In this document: positions 1 through 9,351 of the stretch, piece after piece | Numbering within the stretch: position 1 is the first letter of the stretch | How the letters are laid out: the number at the start of each line of letters is the position of its first letter | DNA from: Candidatus Heimdallarchaeota archaeon | GTDB taxonomy: Archaea; Asgardarchaeota; Heimdallarchaeia; Hodarchaeales; Hodarchaeaceae | Direction of reading: 5' to 3' | Assembly: GCA_011364965.1 (NCBI GenBank) | Contig: RDOB01000006.1 | Coordinates: 1-64,000 of the forward strand | DNA: 64,000 bases | Notes under the pieces: model-generated | The model's input: the letters and a program-made list of their open reading frames with translations, nothing else | Databases searched by the model: none | Told to the model about the DNA's origin: nothing | Translations under genes and position numbers: made by a program

Positions 1-358
1 CTTCAGTCAGATTATTTCTTAACTTCCCTGAAGGAGGAAAAGCTACTTCTACATGCAAATCTGGATGATATTGAATCATTGTAGCCATTTTTAGATTCAA
101 ATACTCAACATGAAAATGCTCAAAATCAGGTTTTATCAGTGCTTGAGAAAGCTCAACTTCTCTTTCACCTCTTATATTAGCAAAAATTAGGCCATCATGT
201 ATTTTAATTCGTCCAATAGAGTTACCTTCCTCATTTATCAATAATAGGGGTTCAAGTACTTCATCATTTTGCCCCTCTCTGTAAGCTGCCAATACAGCAT
301 TTGCCAAGGGGGTGTTTATCTCAATTTCAGTCATAATACTACTCTCTTCCTGAATCAT
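1..358 (-). CDS. 2,3-bisphosphoglycerate-independent phosphoglycerate mutase-like protein, 5' part (runs off the window edge)
   Basis: Not in the ORF track. Manual translation from ATG 358 (or 334): MIQEESSIMTEIEINTPLANAVLAAYREGQNDEVLEPLLLINEEGNSIGRIKIHDGLIFANIRGEREVELSQALIKPDFEHF...MATMIQYHPDLHVEVAFPPSGKLRNNLTE. This matches the iPGM (GpmI) segment AY..G..DEF..P / IF.NFR.DR..+L / TMT.Y...VAFPP...N.L.E. The frame is open to base 1. Confidence 0.8.
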   Translation of the reverse strand, partial: MIQEESSIMTEIEINTPLANAVLAAYREGQNDEVLEPLLLINEEGNSIGRIKIHDGLIFANIRGEREVELSQALIKPDFEHFHVEYLNLKMATMIQYHPDLHVEVAFPPSGKLRNNLTE

Positions 359-566
359 TAAGTTTTAAGGTATTTCCTGCCAATAAATGAGCAATTGATA
401 AACAAATTGTAAATTTTTTCTCTCTCTAAAGACTTACCATTCTTTAAGTAGTTGAATAATAGAATCGTGAAAATCGGAGTCAAAAATTTAATTACCTTGT
501 ATGAATTCAAATTATTAGAAAACAATAGATTTTCGTTAACAGGACATTCGGTGAGATGAAGATAAA

Positions 567-1019
567 ATGTTAAAAATTGGAGAAAAAGCTCCAGAATTTA
601 TTACAACAACCCAATCAGGTGAAGAAATAAATTCTTCAGGTTTATTAGGGAAAAAGTATGTAATTTACTTTTATCCCAAGGATAATACCCCTGGATGTAC
701 CAAAGAAGCATGTTCTATCAGAGATAATTATTCAATCTTTCAAGAGAATAATATTCCTATTTATGGGGTATCTGGCGGATCAGCAAACTCTCATCAGAAG
801 TTTATCGAAAAATACGATCTCCCTTTTCCACTTTTAATGGATGAGAAATTCTCTATAGCTAAAAAATTTGGAGCTTTTAAAAAAGGTAATCATGTTGCTC
901 GGATTACATATCTAATTAACGAAACTGGAATAATTGAAGGAATCTATGGCGCAGAAGGCTTTGATAAAGTTGAAACAGCAAAGCATGCAGCTCAGCTCAT
1001 TGATTTTTGGAAACTTTAG
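567..1019 (+). CDS. bcp: Peroxiredoxin, BCP/PrxQ family
   Basis: YFYPKDNTPGCTKEAC motif (PxxxTxxC with resolving Cys); FPLLMD; ARITYLI. Confidence 0.93.
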   Translation: MLKIGEKAPEFITTTQSGEEINSSGLLGKKYVIYFYPKDNTPGCTKEACSIRDNYSIFQENNIPIYGVSGGSANSHQKFIEKYDLPFPLLMDEKFSIAKKFGAFKKGNHVARITYLINETGIIEGIYGAEGFDKVETAKHAAQLIDFWKL

Positions 1020-1641
1020 TCTGCTTTATTTTCATTACTCTTATGGTTAAAATGAATACAATTAAGATCAGATCCAGCATGTAAATGATTGCAACAAATT
1101 CGGGGAATATCGGTTCGATGGTTGGTATTTGTGCTAAAGTGGGTTCTGTTAGAGCTCCTATGCCAAAAAAATCTGATAAATCGTTGAATATGATAATAAA
1201 AATAGCAATTACTGTTCCTTTTCCCAATTTTGTATGATTAAGAAGAGGAAAGATAGCTAAAGCTTGAATAAGCAACAAAGTATGACCTATTATTACAATT
1301 TCAGTATCCAGAGATCCGAAGTTGAAAACAATTAGGTAAGTGATAATAGCTGCTCTTATACCCTGTATTAGTGCAAAAAAATTATAGTTCTCATAACGAG
1401 GATTGGATCGTTGCAGATATACAGGGATTAAAAGCATTACCGCCATAGGACAGTCTGGAATCAATATCCAGAGATATACTGGATATGCTGCTAATCCAAT
1501 AACTTCGAAATAATATTGAAATCCAATCAATGCTCCGATTAGGTTTGCAAGAATGAGAAAAATAGTTATAAAAACATTATTTAATATTTTGAGTTCATAC
1601 TTTCTGATTCTAAAAAATAATGTTCCTGAGAAGTTCTTCAT
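997..1641 (-). CDS. DUF1405-like membrane protein
   Basis: Several TM helices; LANLIGALIGF..Y, IPDCP and NDLSDF motifs resemble DUF1405. Confidence 0.65.
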   Translation of the reverse strand: MKNFSGTLFFRIRKYELKILNNVFITIFLILANLIGALIGFQYYFEVIGLAAYPVYLWILIPDCPMAVMLLIPVYLQRSNPRYENYNFFALIQGIRAAIITYLIVFNFGSLDTEIVIIGHTLLLIQALAIFPLLNHTKLGKGTVIAIFIIIFNDLSDFFGIGALTEPTLAQIPTIEPIFPEFVAIIYMLDLILIVFILTIRVMKIKQTKVSKNQ

Positions 1642-1701
1642 GTCAATTTTATGAATATTAATTTCTTATTAAATAATTACTGATCAGTAATTCTGATTCA
1701 T

Positions 1702-1716
1702 GAAAGCTTATATATC
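1702..1716 (+). promoter_or_regulatory. Putative archaeal BRE/TATA box
   Basis: gaaagcTTATATAT about 50 nt upstream of the 1765 ORF, which also has AGGAG just before its ATG. Confidence 0.45.
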
Positions 1717-1764
1717 CCCTTTATCAATAACATCCAAAATCGCAAATCTAAATAGATAAGGAGT

Positions 1765-2853
1765 ATGAGAATATTGATGGATCGATCTCTCTTATTTTCC
1801 GTATTTGATAAATCCAAACGATCATTTCCCATTTTTTCAGAGAATCTAAGTAAAGAGGAATCCTCACTTATTGCTATTCGGTCTCAAATGACTCTTAGCA
1901 TGATGGATGAAGCGAATTTAGAAACTGCTGAAGCTGTTCTACCATTTTCCACTATTAATAAAATGGCTTTTATTTTATTATTTCAACTTCCGTTTGAGAA
2001 TCAATCAAACATCGGTATTGGAGCCCTTTTTTATTTAGTACCACAAAATCAACAAGTATTTCTGTATAACAAAGTGCCATTTTTAAAATTTAAAGCAGAG
2101 GAAATTGCTTCAAAGATAAGACAAAGTTACGCTTTTGCAGAAAATAAAGACTTCCCTAATGAACTAAAAGGATTACTATCAGATTGGCGAATAAGTGATA
2201 AAGAAGCAACAGCTGAAATTGAAATCATTGAAAAGAAAGTTACTTTATCACAGAAAAAAGAAGGTGGGAGTATAGACTTCTTTCTATCACAAATTAAGAA
2301 AAATGAGGATCGTGCATTAGGAGCTCTTTATCGTGGAAAAACAGTTTTCGTTACTGGATCTTCAAATGTTCTTGTAGATCTCATTGTACATTCTCTCGAC
2401 TATTTTGTTCCACATGCGTCGCTTCGAAAAGTTAGCTACACAACATCAATTTTAGATCCCTCCTATGCTGATATCATTGGAATATCAAAGAATATAGTGA
2501 AAAATTACCCAAATGAGGTGATTATTGATATCGATAAAAAAGAAGTTAAAAATGGGAAAGCGTGTCCTTATTCAAAATCCGTGGTAAAAGAACTCAATAA
2601 AAAAAGTGAGGATTCCCAAGAAATCATTAAGAAATCAACCAATAAATTATTAAAGGTTGCCAGTCAATTAATTGATGTTTTTAGTTTCCCTGAAGGTGAA
2701 CGGGAAGAAAAATTGGCTCTGATTCAACAAGAAAATAGTTCAGAACTAATTGAAATAGCAGCAGAAATAGCAGCGCAACGTAATCCTTTGATAAAAGAAA
2801 TTTTACTAAATTCTGTTTCAAATCGATTTGTCGATTGGATGGATGGATTGTAA
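1765..2853 (+). CDS. DENN-like domain protein (uDENN/longin-like N-terminus plus cDENN/dDENN-like C-terminus)
   Basis: N-terminal LLFSVFDK..P strand start. The C-terminal half follows the cDENN pattern: ALYRGKTVFVTG, LIVHSLDYFVP, IIGIS, VIIDIDKKEV, then a helical tail. Confidence 0.55.
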   Translation: MRILMDRSLLFSVFDKSKRSFPIFSENLSKEESSLIAIRSQMTLSMMDEANLETAEAVLPFSTINKMAFILLFQLPFENQSNIGIGALFYLVPQNQQVFLYNKVPFLKFKAEEIASKIRQSYAFAENKDFPNELKGLLSDWRISDKEATAEIEIIEKKVTLSQKKEGGSIDFFLSQIKKNEDRALGALYRGKTVFVTGSSNVLVDLIVHSLDYFVPHASLRKVSYTTSILDPSYADIIGISKNIVKNYPNEVIIDIDKKEVKNGKACPYSKSVVKELNKKSEDSQEIIKKSTNKLLKVASQLIDVFSFPEGEREEKLALIQQENSSELIEIAAEIAAQRNPLIKEILLNSVSNRFVDWMDGL

Positions 2854-2870
2854 AAAAGGGAAAAGAAAGG

Positions 2871-3692
2871 CTAATTGGAAACTCCGAGTTTCGATTTAGC
2901 CCAGTTTGGTGTATAAACCCCAATCCACATAAGCAGTGGATAGATCATAAGCAAGAAGCGCGATATCGCAGAAATAATCCCCTCATAACTAGAGGGTAAC
3001 GATAAAAGAGAGGTGAAAAACGAGGGGTTTAAGATCTCAACCGTAAAACCTATTGAGAGTAATGTTTGCGTTATGAAAATCCAGAATAATCTTCGCCAAG
3101 TTGAACTGCCTTTTCGTTTCAAAGAAATGGTTAGATATAGAAAGAGAAAAGCCACTGTCCATAGTGGAATAAAGAACAGTATCCATAGAATCACATTCAA
3201 ATCTGGAGCGTGTTCTGGAGACCAATCTGTACCACTAAACGTGAATTCAAATGGGGAACTAATAATCAAGATTAGATATACTGTGATTAGAATAATTGGA
3301 ATTATTAGAATCCGTTTATTAGCCTCAGGAAAGAATGAATGTGTGAAAAAATTAGCCCATATGATTCCTAATGCACTTGCTATCCATGCAATAGTTGCTG
3401 CCATAAAACCAAGCCAAAAAATATTTGTTTCCTGATATTCTAAAATACTCATGAAGGGAGGAATGTCTGCAGGATCCGCTGCTGCAAGTAAAATGACCTG
3501 TTCGACAAGTAAAGAAAGCATTCCTAACCCACCAAATATCAAGAGAAGGGATAGGTAAAGAGTTTGTTTTTTCTCGGTTCTCTGATAGGAAAAGAATAAT
3601 TTAATTCCTAGCACAATCCACAAAACAATTCCTATTAAGACAAAAACAATGCCTACTAGATTAATGGGTTCCAAAATTTTTTTACCTCTCAA
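2871..3692 (-). CDS. Seven-transmembrane protein with no fused output domain
   Basis: Seven hydrophobic segments, TTG start, C-terminal G..TP.W motif. Confidence 0.7.
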   Translation of the reverse strand: MRGKKILEPINLVGIVFVLIGIVLWIVLGIKLFFSYQRTEKKQTLYLSLLLIFGGLGMLSLLVEQVILLAAADPADIPPFMSILEYQETNIFWLGFMAATIAWIASALGIIWANFFTHSFFPEANKRILIIPIILITVYLILIISSPFEFTFSGTDWSPEHAPDLNVILWILFFIPLWTVAFLFLYLTISLKRKGSSTWRRLFWIFITQTLLSIGFTVEILNPSFFTSLLSLPSSYEGIISAISRFLLMIYPLLMWIGVYTPNWAKSKLGVSN

Positions 3693-4008
3693 AACATTGA
3701 CTAAAATAAATTTGTTTTCCTAATTCTTTATCTTTCGAATAAACATAGGTTTTTATTTTTCACGTAGGAATATTCTTTTAAATTTTACCCATTTTACTGT
3801 TTTTTCCACAAAGTAGACCTGAGGATTTGAAAGTCAAATTGAGATTTTCAGAAACGGATTTATATAAGGTTGATAAGGATCGTTGTGTTCACCAAGAAAT
3901 TCCTCTGAAAAAGGATATAATTTGTAAATTATAGCATTAAAATAACTATCTTCCTTTATTTTACAAAATAATGCGCTATTTTATAACCAAAAGCACAGGT
4001 AACTCCAG

Positions 4009-5475
4009 ATGACAGATATAAGAAGAACCACAGATGATATTGGAAGAGAATTTGAAACTCATATAATCAGGATGAGTAAGCAGCAATATAATCTAAAGGC
4101 GGGATTAGAGTATGATAGAACACTAATGGAAAGTGAATCTGAATCATTATTAAAATTGAGTAAAGAATTTTTGGATTCTTATTTAGAACCTCGATCATTT
4201 TACCTTAATTGCATTAATACTATTGCCCAATCACGAAAATTACCTATCTCATTAGAAATATATGAAAAACGCAACACAGAAATCTCTTGTAATAAATATA
4301 ATTTTGCTGGGAAACCAGTTAATTGGGGGTCGTGGAGGCAGTTCAATACACTTTCACGAGACATAAAAGAAAGAAAAGAAATTTTTGATTTTTTCCTCGA
4401 GAAAGCAAGCCAATTGAGCTCGTTAATCTCTACACGGTTCAATATTGCTCAACAAGTATATTCTTTGTATGGCACGTCTCCATTGGATGCGTACCTAGAG
4501 ATTGAGAAAACTAGTTATGAAAAATTAACTAATTTTGTGGGATCTTTGGGAGATAATGCCAGAAAATCTTTTCTTAGCGCAGCAGATCATTTTGCACCAG
4601 AGGTCTTTGATAAAGAGACTTTAGAGTACTATGATGATTTCTATGTTGCTAGAGGCCGAATTTATACTCCATTAAACAAATACTTAGAAAAAAAGAATCC
4701 ATTGAAAATTATTGAGAAAGTGCTTGGTGAATGGGGATTTCAAGAAGATCTTACCAAAATTCGGGTAGATCACGAAAATAGGGAAAAAAAATCGCCAAGT
4801 GCCTTTTGTTTTGGAATACAAATCCCAAATGATGTTCGTATTGTCTTTAAGCGAGTTTCTCCATTTAGTGATTTCACAAGTTTATTCCATGAATTTGGCC
4901 ATGGCATTCATGCAACATCTGGAATTGCAGAAGATCCATACTGGAAAAGATATCTTGTTCCCATGTCAGTAGCTGAAACTTTTTCGATTCTTATCGAAAT
5001 GTTACTCCAATACAAACCTTTCTTACAAGAAGAATTGGAATTAAGTGATGAGGCAATCTTAGAAATTCTTGATCGGCGACATTTCATGAATCTTTACTTC
5101 TTAGTGTTTTACGCGGCAAATTCCTTATTCAAGCTCGAGTATTGGAAAAATAATTACTCATTAGAACAAGCTGAATCTCGATATCAGGAACTAACTAAAA
5201 GATTTTTTATCGAATTACCTGGAAAATATTGGTTACTACATCATATCATGCCTGAATATGATCTTTACTCTCCTTCTTATATGATTGCTAGTATTAGGGT
5301 TAAGGAATTGATGCAACAGTTAATAGGAGAGTACGGAGAGTTTTTCTGGAAAGAAAAGAGGGCTGGATCCGTTGTTAAAGACTTAGCTGCATCTAGGGCC
5401 GATTTTGACCTTACAATATGGAATATGGATATTGAACCATATCTTGAAGAGCAGTCTGAATTTTCATTCTTTTAA
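4009..5475 (+). CDS. Zinc metallopeptidase, gluzincin (M3/M32-like)
   Basis: HEFGH zinc motif, downstream third ligand in AETFS, upstream KSPSAFCF motif, late YSPSY motif. Confidence 0.8.
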   Translation: MTDIRRTTDDIGREFETHIIRMSKQQYNLKAGLEYDRTLMESESESLLKLSKEFLDSYLEPRSFYLNCINTIAQSRKLPISLEIYEKRNTEISCNKYNFAGKPVNWGSWRQFNTLSRDIKERKEIFDFFLEKASQLSSLISTRFNIAQQVYSLYGTSPLDAYLEIEKTSYEKLTNFVGSLGDNARKSFLSAADHFAPEVFDKETLEYYDDFYVARGRIYTPLNKYLEKKNPLKIIEKVLGEWGFQEDLTKIRVDHENREKKSPSAFCFGIQIPNDVRIVFKRVSPFSDFTSLFHEFGHGIHATSGIAEDPYWKRYLVPMSVAETFSILIEMLLQYKPFLQEELELSDEAILEILDRRHFMNLYFLVFYAANSLFKLEYWKNNYSLEQAESRYQELTKRFFIELPGKYWLLHHIMPEYDLYSPSYMIASIRVKELMQQLIGEYGEFFWKEKRAGSVVKDLAASRADFDLTIWNMDIEPYLEEQSEFSFF

Positions 5476-5498
5476 CGAATTAGGAATGAATTTATGAT

Positions 5499-8093
5499 CT
5501 ATATAGTAAATGCGAAAATATCCCAATCAAGTGTTTCCATATTTATGAGGATTTGCTGAAATGTAGTTATTTGTGAAGTGATGTCTCCAGGCAATGTTAT
5601 TTCAATATCCTGAATTAATTCATTACATTTTTTAGCGTTCATATATATTGAATTTGTATTAACATCACTGATATTACCCTTGACCAATTGTCTCCAATTT
5701 TCAACCGATGTTTCATTTAATAAATGCACTGTTATACCTTTAAGATAACCATCTGTCGAATCCGCTAATTCCTGACATAATGTAAAATTATTAATTGCAG
5801 CTGTTGCATCAAAAGGATTCAACTGAAGAGCTTCTGTAATGCTCTCATTTAAAGCATTTGAACCTTTAGAGAAATAATTTATAGCATAATATGTTCCATT
5901 TAATGCAGAATAATATTGATCTACTACTGTAAATCTATCGGAAGCTTCCTGAGTGAAATCTTGAAGCTCGAGAAGGAACTCGTTGAGATCAGCTAATTCC
6001 TCAAACCCTGAAGCTATTTGTGCATTGAGAACTAAAGTCATCTCTGTTAAACTATTTTGAGTGTTTCGAAGGTAAACTCCAGTATTTGATAATCCAATAA
6101 GAATGGATTGCCAAGCTGGATCTTTGGTATTTGAGGTATTTGTGAAGTCAATAGTCTCAATTATAGAAAGGGTCGAATTCAATGATTCGAACATCGAGCT
6201 TGCGTTTTGAACTGCAAATAGAAGGTTTTTTGTTACATCGTTTAAGTTCAGACTGAAATTAACTAAATCTCTGATTGGTATAATAGTTTTAGAAGGCAAA
6301 GAAGAAAGATCAATATTCCTTAACTCATGAGTGGCTTCATAGTCAGCTTGCGCCTGATTCAGATATTCTGATGAAAAATCGTAGTTATACACACTTTCAA
6401 GAGCTAGGGATAAACCATAAGTGCTATTTATCCAGGGAATTGTACTAGATATAACTGTAAGGAGTATAGGGGTGCTAATTTCTATCTCAGTTAGTAAATT
6501 CGAAATATCAGAAAATACCGAGTAATCTAGTTTTTCTTGAACTTGATCCAATAAATCTAGAAGAGGTAGTTCAGCTAAAGTGATATTAGCTAGTCCTAGC
6601 TGCATTATAGCTAAAGCTGCGTGCATTCTTGTGTCATATTCCTGAAAAATGGCAGATCCAATTCCCATTTGAGAGAATTGAATAATAGAATCCTGAAGTA
6701 TGCTTAATGATTGATTCAAGCCATTTTGAAGGTGATTATACCCCCAAAGCACATTAGGTAAGTAGGGAATGGAATCAGCTAAGATTCTAGTCAAAGTTAA
6801 GATTTCGGGAAGATCTTGAAATGGGATCCCTGCGATTTCAGGGATAACCAATGGTAATATATAGGCTATAAGTGGATTGTCGCCAAATTGCTGAAAAGAA
6901 TTACCCGCTTTACTTAAATGGTATTGAGCGGAGGCTATTGTTTGAAGTAATTCTTCATAATTTTCTTCTAGATTGTCGATATATTCTGGAGAAAACATCT
7001 CTACCGTCTTTAATAGACCTATACTTGTGTGAAGCGTTCCTTCCGTTCCTTTTCCTAATGCGTGATATCCAAGAGGTAGAATAAGAATAAAAATTAGAAA
7101 TATACCCATAAAAAATATTCGTAAGGCAATTCCTGCTTTCCAATCAATTTCATATTTGCTGAAAATACCTGTCACTCCTATTCCTATAGTAAAGGGAATA
7201 AATATCATAATTAAGAAATCGAAGAAAGGAATAATGAATTGAAGAATTTCAATACCAAGAAACACTGGTCCCCCTAAATCGGAAATTAAATCTTGGCCTT
7301 GCAAGATTCCAACCAAATTTTGCCGTGAAATATTATTAAAAATACCCCAAGGATTCAATCCACCACGAATCAACCCGAGATGAATCAGTAGTTCAATTGT
7401 TAGATAACTGATAAGCATGGATAGGATTGAGAGAGGAGCATGTCTAATTGATCGTTTTGCGATAGGATATATACACCATAAAATCGATAAAAGTGAAAGA
7501 ACAATTATATAGTTCAAAGCATCATCTAAAAGGTCAATAGGTAATATTATGATCAAGAAACTCGGTAAAATTATACTTAGACTAAAGATTAATGCTTTTC
7601 CTTCAAAACTTTCCGTAATAGCGGTCGCTTTTTCTCTTTTTTTGATTTCATGTTCATTTGATGCATAATAAACTGTTTTTATTGCCCCTAAACCTGGAAT
7701 GGGTGGATTATCTGGTTTAATAACCTGGAGTAATATGCTTACTATCGTATCATACCCTAAATAATTATAATGTGAATCAATCCCTTCAACTGTCAAATGT
7801 TCAAAGGTTTGGCGTAATATTAGCGAAATAGGACCAAGTTTCTCCAATACTAGCATTAGAATGTGGATTTCTTGTTCATTGGTATACTCTGGAGTATTTT
7901 TAAATTTTAAATTTCCTAGTTTTCCCATATGTAATCTGTATTCATTGGCTAAACCATGAGTCTCTATCGCTTTTAGGAATTTATCTTTCGGAAAACTCGG
8001 AATTTTAGTTTCTTTTAACGAGTTCGCTTTGAACTGAAAATGTTCTGCTCGATTTCCAGCAACCAGATCGAATGATATCTCCCATTCATCCAT
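5499..8093 (-). CDS. Large membrane protein: soluble N-domain, multi-TM block, long helical extracellular C-terminus
   Basis: 864-aa ORF; TM cluster at about aa 167-345; the C-terminal ~500 aa are Leu/Ser/Asn/Gln-rich helices with many N-x-S/T sequons. Confidence 0.7.
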   Translation of the reverse strand: MDEWEISFDLVAGNRAEHFQFKANSLKETKIPSFPKDKFLKAIETHGLANEYRLHMGKLGNLKFKNTPEYTNEQEIHILMLVLEKLGPISLILRQTFEHLTVEGIDSHYNYLGYDTIVSILLQVIKPDNPPIPGLGAIKTVYYASNEHEIKKREKATAITESFEGKALIFSLSIILPSFLIIILPIDLLDDALNYIIVLSLLSILWCIYPIAKRSIRHAPLSILSMLISYLTIELLIHLGLIRGGLNPWGIFNNISRQNLVGILQGQDLISDLGGPVFLGIEILQFIIPFFDFLIMIFIPFTIGIGVTGIFSKYEIDWKAGIALRIFFMGIFLIFILILPLGYHALGKGTEGTLHTSIGLLKTVEMFSPEYIDNLEENYEELLQTIASAQYHLSKAGNSFQQFGDNPLIAYILPLVIPEIAGIPFQDLPEILTLTRILADSIPYLPNVLWGYNHLQNGLNQSLSILQDSIIQFSQMGIGSAIFQEYDTRMHAALAIMQLGLANITLAELPLLDLLDQVQEKLDYSVFSDISNLLTEIEISTPILLTVISSTIPWINSTYGLSLALESVYNYDFSSEYLNQAQADYEATHELRNIDLSSLPSKTIIPIRDLVNFSLNLNDVTKNLLFAVQNASSMFESLNSTLSIIETIDFTNTSNTKDPAWQSILIGLSNTGVYLRNTQNSLTEMTLVLNAQIASGFEELADLNEFLLELQDFTQEASDRFTVVDQYYSALNGTYYAINYFSKGSNALNESITEALQLNPFDATAAINNFTLCQELADSTDGYLKGITVHLLNETSVENWRQLVKGNISDVNTNSIYMNAKKCNELIQDIEITLPGDITSQITTFQQILINMETLDWDIFAFTI

Positions 8094-8108
8094 ATTTTTA
8101 TCTTTCCT

Positions 8109-8569
8109 TTAAAATAAAAAATTCCGCGCGAAAATTAGGAGTCCAAGTATAAAAATCATGATAATATTAACCGATTGTATTACTCCGCGGTTAGAGTCAT
8201 TAATTTGGTAATAATGTGCATCGTGAGATAATTTGGTCAAACTACTCACATAAACACTTGATTGGACGTATTTTGGATTTCCAGCTCTCTCAAATCTAGA
8301 GCAAAGAACCATAGCTTCTTCTCCTCTCTTAGTTAATACAATGAATGCACGATACCAAGATCAGGTACTTTTAGTAATTCTGCTATTGGAGTAAATACAG
8401 ACTTCGTGAATAAACATCCTTCTTTTGGATTCACAAAATAGCATTCTCCTTCAAATGAAGTTTCCACAAAATTTTTTGTGATTATATAGTCTGGTGCTTC
8501 AGGATATTTTACTGCTCTTATTACAACAACTGAATCTGCGCTAAAGAAATCATTTAGTAAATACCCCAT
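8109..8569 (-). pseudogene. Decayed remnant of ADP-forming acetate/acyl-CoA ligase (CoA-binding domain)
   Basis: FFSADSVVVIRA, F.G..Y.VNPK and VPDLGI match the CoA-binding domain, but the conserved IGAS is degraded. After the stop at 8333 the similarity continues in another frame (KRGEEAMVLCSRFERAG) and then fades. Confidence 0.7.
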
Positions 8570-8689
8570 ATTATTCTTTCGATTACTTAGAGACTATCTC
8601 CTTTTTATTCAAAATAAATCTGTTAATAAAAATGTTTATTCTATGGATCTGAATCGTCAAAGTTTACGCTTCCTCCTCCTTTGGCCAAG

Positions 8690-8779
8690 CTTTATAAAAG
8701 AATTAATTAATATTCTAGATTAATCTATTAAAGAACTACTATTATTTCTTTAGTGGCCCTAGGATGATCCTAGGAACCA
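8690..8779 (+). promoter_or_regulatory. TATA box followed by two palindromes (operator-like)
   Basis: TTTATAAA at ~8691; TAGATTAATCTA at 8716-8727; CCTAGGAT-g-ATCCTAGG at 8758-8774; AAGGAG SD before GTG 8798. Confidence 0.5.
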
Positions 8780-8797
8780 ATATAAGGAGTAGATTAT

Positions 8798-9343
8798 GTG
8801 CCCATCAAAAAATCAAAAGGACCAAAGTTCGCTTTCAAATTACTGCTCGTGGGTGAGCCTGAAGTTGGAAAAACATCTCTTATAAAAAGATATGTTGATA
8901 ATTTCTTCAAAGAGGGCTATCAGATAACTTTGGGAGTGGATTTTTTATCAAAAACCGTGAATATTACACATCCTAAGACTGGTAAGGAAACAGAACTTTC
9001 ATTTCAAATCTGGGATGTAGCGGGCCAATCAGGATTTACTAATTTTCGTCATCTCTATCTGAAGAAAGCACATGGTGTTTTTCTGGTCTTTGATTTAACT
9101 AGGTCGGATATCACTTACGATAAGTTGGATAGATGGAAAGATGATGTTAGAGAACAGAGTCCTGGCGCTAAAATCATTGTAATCGGCAATAAAGAAGACA
9201 TTGCGAAAGAAAGCGCCCCAGAAGAAAAGGAAGACTTATTAAAAAGATTTGATGCTAAAGAGTTTTTCACTACCTCTGCGAAAACTGGCGCTAAAGTTCA
9301 AGAAGCATTTGAATTAATGGGTAGACTTATTCTAGAAGAGTAG
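8798..9343 (+). CDS. Rab-like small GTPase
   Basis: G1 GEPEVGKT, switch I ITLGVDF, G3 WDVAGQ, G4 NKED, G5 TSAK; no C-terminal Cys. Confidence 0.93.
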   Translation: MPIKKSKGPKFAFKLLLVGEPEVGKTSLIKRYVDNFFKEGYQITLGVDFLSKTVNITHPKTGKETELSFQIWDVAGQSGFTNFRHLYLKKAHGVFLVFDLTRSDITYDKLDRWKDDVREQSPGAKIIVIGNKEDIAKESAPEEKEDLLKRFDAKEFFTTSAKTGAKVQEAFELMGRLILEE

Positions 9344-9351
9344 GTGATAAA

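Noticed and set aside
1-180. Plus-strand frame with an in-frame TAG at 82-84 (possible readthrough or pyrrolysine)
   Set aside because: It is the antisense shadow of the iPGM-like gene on the minus strand.
2871-3692. Rhodopsin or true GPCR
   Set aside because: No retinal-binding Lys in TM7 and no recognisable GPCR motifs.
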